Shown here: positions 6,257-9,170 of the stretch, in pieces | Layout of the letters: every line of letters starts with the position of its first letter | Numbering within the stretch: position 1 is the first letter of the stretch | Assembly: GCA_018985225.1 (NCBI GenBank) | Contig: JADGIF010000409.1 | Span: 1 to 9,170 of the forward strand | DNA: 9,170 bases | Origin: Amoeboradix gromovi X-113 | Taxonomy: Eukaryota; Fungi; Sanchytriomycota | Direction: 5' to 3' | Translations under genes and position numbers: made by a program | The notes under the pieces: generated by a model | Databases searched by the model: none | What the model was told of the DNA's origin: nothing | What the model saw: only the letters and a program-made list of their open reading frames with translations

Positions 6257-6839
6257 GATAAATGATTTACTCAAGAAAACAATCAAGCTGTCGTACTTTT
6301 CTTAAGTTCAAAAAGCTTCATTAGCCCGAGAGATGGTTGAATTTGGTGTCCATTGAAGTGCTCATAATCTTTCCAGGTCGAGTGTGTTGTGGGAATAATT
6401 CCAATTGTGGCTTAAGAGTACTCTAAGCTAGGTCTACGATTTTGAGCCTTTGAAGTGATCCTAGAGCTAGTTACAATTTCAGCCAAGCTATCCATCCCAG
6501 TGATTTGGAATGCCACTCTGAAATTTTGCTATTATACTTGAACTAGCTTTATTGCATCTTGCATCCAGTTTTGAATAAAAGATATTCATCTGTCATCTCG
6601 CGCCTTACTTTACCACCTACATCATGCTGCTTCAAAAGATTGGTCTTATCGTTGATAGGAGAGATTGCAGAAAAGGAATCCTGTCAATAAATAAAATCGA
6701 AGTTGTTTGTACTCTTTAAATAGCGGCATTGAGAGCTTTTGGAAATATCTCTATATAAAGTAGCCATAAGATTTCCATGGCATAGAGCTGTTCTGGCACT
6801 TATGATACCTGCCTCGGACATTAAAGCTCATCAAACTTG

Positions 6840-7820
6840 ATGAATTTACGACGCAAAGGGATACCCGCCATGAATCTGATTTCAGAGATACCCACAAGTA
6901 GGGTAGCATTGAGCAGAGCAATAACGCTAATAGAGAGCAGCCTACAATCTGACCGAGAAAAAGCAGCTGAATTGATGAGTAGAATATCGGAGATACAGAG
7001 TAGCAAGAGGCAGAGTGTGAAAATCGGATGGTCAGGATCACCGGGTGTGGGCAAGTCTACATTTATAGAGACAATAGGTCTGAAGTTGTGCAAGAACCAC
7101 AAGTTGGCAGTGCTGGCAATTGACCCGAGCAGCTCGGTAACTGGCGGTTCTATCTTGGGGGACAAGACTAGGATGCTTCATTTGAGCAATCACCGCAACA
7201 GCTTCATCAGGCCATCTCCAAATAAACAGAACCTGGGCGGGGTTGCCAAGATGACCCAGCAAGTAATTAAGTTGTGCGAGTACGCAAACTACGACACGAT
7301 ATTTGTAGAGACTGTTGGTGTTGGCCAAAGCGAAATGACTGTCGCCGAAATGGTCGACATGTTTGTGCTACTCTGCCCGCCAGCCGGGGGCGACGAACTT
7401 CAGGGAATCAAAAAGGGGATAGTTGAGCTAGCTGATCTGGTAGTTGTGAACAAGAGCGATGGCCACTTGGAGAGAGCTGCAAAGGACACACAGGCAGAGT
7501 ACACCAGTGCTATAAAGATGTTGAGACATGGTGCATGGAAGCCACCCGTTTTAAGAGCAAGCGCAAAGACTGGATTTGGAATAGAGGAGGTCGTTGATAC
7601 CATGTACAAGTACATTGATGTCATGACAAAAAGCGGGCAGCTCGAGACCAAAAGACGGTTGCAGAGAAAGCAGTGGATGTGGAGGATTGCTCAAAACATG
7701 ATTATTGATGATCTACATGCCAGTAAATCGGAAGTGGTTGCAGAGATAGAGAGCCGTGTGATGAATAACAAAATCATGGCTGCGCAAGGGGCTGAACAGA
7801 TAATAAAATTATTAAAATGA
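6840..7820 (+). CDS. MMAA: MMAA/MeaB/ArgK G3E-family GTPase, chaperone of methylmalonyl-CoA mutase
   Basis: Motifs R.ALSRAITLIES, P-loop GSPGVGKST, LAVLAIDPSSSVTGGSILGDKTRM, FIRPSP...LGGVA, ETVGVGQSE, GDELQGIKKGIVELAD, NKSD and SAKTG. First ATG at 6840 (the track start at 6837 is TTG; in-frame TAA at 6822). Stop TGA at 7818-7820. Confidence 0.93.
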   Translation: MNLRRKGIPAMNLISEIPTSRVALSRAITLIESSLQSDREKAAELMSRISEIQSSKRQSVKIGWSGSPGVGKSTFIETIGLKLCKNHKLAVLAIDPSSSVTGGSILGDKTRMLHLSNHRNSFIRPSPNKQNLGGVAKMTQQVIKLCEYANYDTIFVETVGVGQSEMTVAEMVDMFVLLCPPAGGDELQGIKKGIVELADLVVVNKSDGHLERAAKDTQAEYTSAIKMLRHGAWKPPVLRASAKTGFGIEEVVDTMYKYIDVMTKSGQLETKRRLQRKQWMWRIAQNMIIDDLHASKSEVVAEIESRVMNNKIMAAQGAEQIIKLLK

Positions 7821-7852
7821 CTCATTGATATCCTGAAATTAATATCCCAGGG

Positions 7853-8191
7853 ATGTTACTCGTCTTATTTCTGGTTTATGCCTTGAATTCAGTATTACTG
7901 AGATGTCATTTACGAGCTCAAAATGCCTATTTTAGTGTGGAACTTAAAAAGAACATAAAGATTGAGAAAACAATTGCTAATCGAAAGATTAATTTCAAAC
8001 TGGTTAGATATGAGCAAATAGACTATGAAAATGTTGAAATCAAAATATCAAAGCCTGGAAGTGCTGTTGAATACGAAGAAAGTCATGTTATAATATTCCA
8101 CGATGAAGTATTATACCCATTTGACTTGTACTTGGATGAAAACAAAGAGTTCAATCTCATATGCTCAGACAATAAATCAAATGCGCAGTAA
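7853..8191 (+). CDS. Small putatively secreted hypothetical protein, paralog of 8526-9089; probably extends past 8191 via short intron(s)
   Basis: Hydrophobic N-terminus MLLVLFLVYA. NVEIKISKPGSAVEYEE is similar to NIELSIQTPGTAKLFEE in the downstream ORF. The TAA at 8189-8191 lies within a candidate 30-nt GT-AG intron (8188-8217). Confidence 0.65.
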   Translation: MLLVLFLVYALNSVLLRCHLRAQNAYFSVELKKNIKIEKTIANRKINFKLVRYEQIDYENVEIKISKPGSAVEYEESHVIIFHDEVLYPFDLYLDENKEFNLICSDNKSNAQ

Positions 8192-8217
8192 TTGTTTTTA
8201 AAATACACTTAAATCAG
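8188..8217 (+). other. Predicted 30-nt spliceosomal intron
   Basis: GTAATTGTTTTTAAAATACACTTAAATCAG: GTAATT donor, AT-rich body, CAG acceptor. Removal gives ...NAQ-CKPTLL, paralleling ...IE-CKD in the paralog. Confidence 0.5.
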
Positions 8218-8525
8218 ATGCAAACCTACCTTACTCATGTATTAAAAACTAGCTTAATTTAAGAAAATCTGGGATTCTAGCCAATCTAAAAGCATTGAGA
8301 GATCCACAATTACTATCGATATTAATTACTGCATCGAGATCCATTAGTTTCTGATACAGACACGGGTTAAAAGTCCAAAGAAGTTCAAAAATTAAATTAA
8401 GATCCTATTCTGACATTTTGTTACAAATTTCAGGGTTGTAGTGCTTTTATTTTAATTTTCGTCTTCGCTGCAACACCCAAATATTCGAAAATTGTGGAAC
8501 TTGGTCATGAAATTGTAAAACAGGG

Positions 8526-9089
8526 ATGCTTTTCCTACAATTATTGTATTCCAAAAACCAAATTGATTTGACCTGCATTGTAACGAATCAAGGCAGTATG
8601 CTGCATAGCTTTGATATTTTTAATATAAATGGAACACCGAAATCTGAGTTGCTTCCTTTTGACTTGAATCCTAGTCCGGAAACTGAAAATTTGATGTGGA
8701 AACTTGAATTTAAATCTTCTATAGTGGACAGTAATAGTAGAAATATAGAGCTAAGTATTCAAACCCCAGGAACTGCCAAACTATTTGAAGAAGAGATTCT
8801 CAGTTTTAGTCGTGAATGGAAAGAATATTTAAAATTCACTTCATCTTGGAAATTCTACCTCCTAAACAAAGACTTGAGTGTAGGCAAGATAAGCATGACA
8901 TATTCAATAGAATGCAAAGATATTAAAATCAAATACTATAAATTACTTGGATTGGATGGGGGCGCGAGCCTCCTGCTAATTGAAAATGCAATTTCACGGC
9001 TAAAGGTCAATAACATTTGGGGCACTTTGTTTAATGATGACATTTATGTTGCATATAATTATTTGATAAAATATTATTCTGCTCAATAA
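8526..9089 (+). CDS. Putatively secreted hypothetical protein, 187 aa, paralog of the gene starting at 7853
   Basis: 564-nt ORF in AT-rich DNA with a short hydrophobic N-terminus MLFLQLLYS. It shares an N-terminal LxC, the NIELSIQTPGTA block and the CAGGGATG start context with the upstream gene. Confidence 0.7.
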   Translation: MLFLQLLYSKNQIDLTCIVTNQGSMLHSFDIFNINGTPKSELLPFDLNPSPETENLMWKLEFKSSIVDSNSRNIELSIQTPGTAKLFEEEILSFSREWKEYLKFTSSWKFYLLNKDLSVGKISMTYSIECKDIKIKYYKLLGLDGGASLLLIENAISRLKVNNIWGTLFNDDIYVAYNYLIKYYSAQ

Positions 9090-9170
9090 AACATTTGGGA
9101 CATCAAATATAAAAACTGGACTAACTTTCTGTAACAACTTGGAACATTATTTCAGCTTTATTACTTTATG

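Noticed and set aside
6751-7651. Minus-strand ORFs 6751-7041, 6821-7165, 7038-7328 and 7400-7651
   Set aside because: Antisense to the well-supported MMAA gene.
299-9089. Genome-wide alternative genetic code (TAA/TAG = Gln)
   Set aside because: The kinesin, MMAA and CAP genes are long, contain many CAA/CAG Gln codons with no internal TAR, and the kinesin and CAP genes end at TAG/TAA at plausible positions.

Overview
AT-rich, very gene-dense eukaryotic DNA, most likely from an early-diverging zoosporic fungus. This is inferred from the kinesin-2, the MMAA/MeaB gene, a DUF5092-like gene, ~30-nt GT-AG introns and intergenic gaps as short as 32 nt; a sanchytrid, chytrid or Rozella-like lineage is a guess. 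Intact genes are a DUF5092-like protein (+, interrupted near 1250-1342), a kinesin-2 motor (-), tRNA-Arg(ACG) (-), a secreted CAP/PR-1 protein (+), the MMAA/MeaB GTPase (+) and two tandem paralogous small secreted proteins (+). The main unannotated signal lies just upstream of the tRNA. It is a frameshifted C-terminal fragment of a Fanzor/TnpB-type RNA-guided nuclease (RuvC-II Glu, CxxC...CxxC zinc finger, RuvC-III RD motif; ~3664-4075). A ~215-nt highly base-paired segment overlaps and follows it and fits an omegaRNA scaffold (~3968-4183). A possible second Fanzor C-terminal relic follows (~4240-4400). The 5.6-6.7 kb interval contains decayed minus-strand coding sequence, including a pseudogene with a 36-codon tandem repeat. 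All calls come from reading the sequence by eye; no searches were run.
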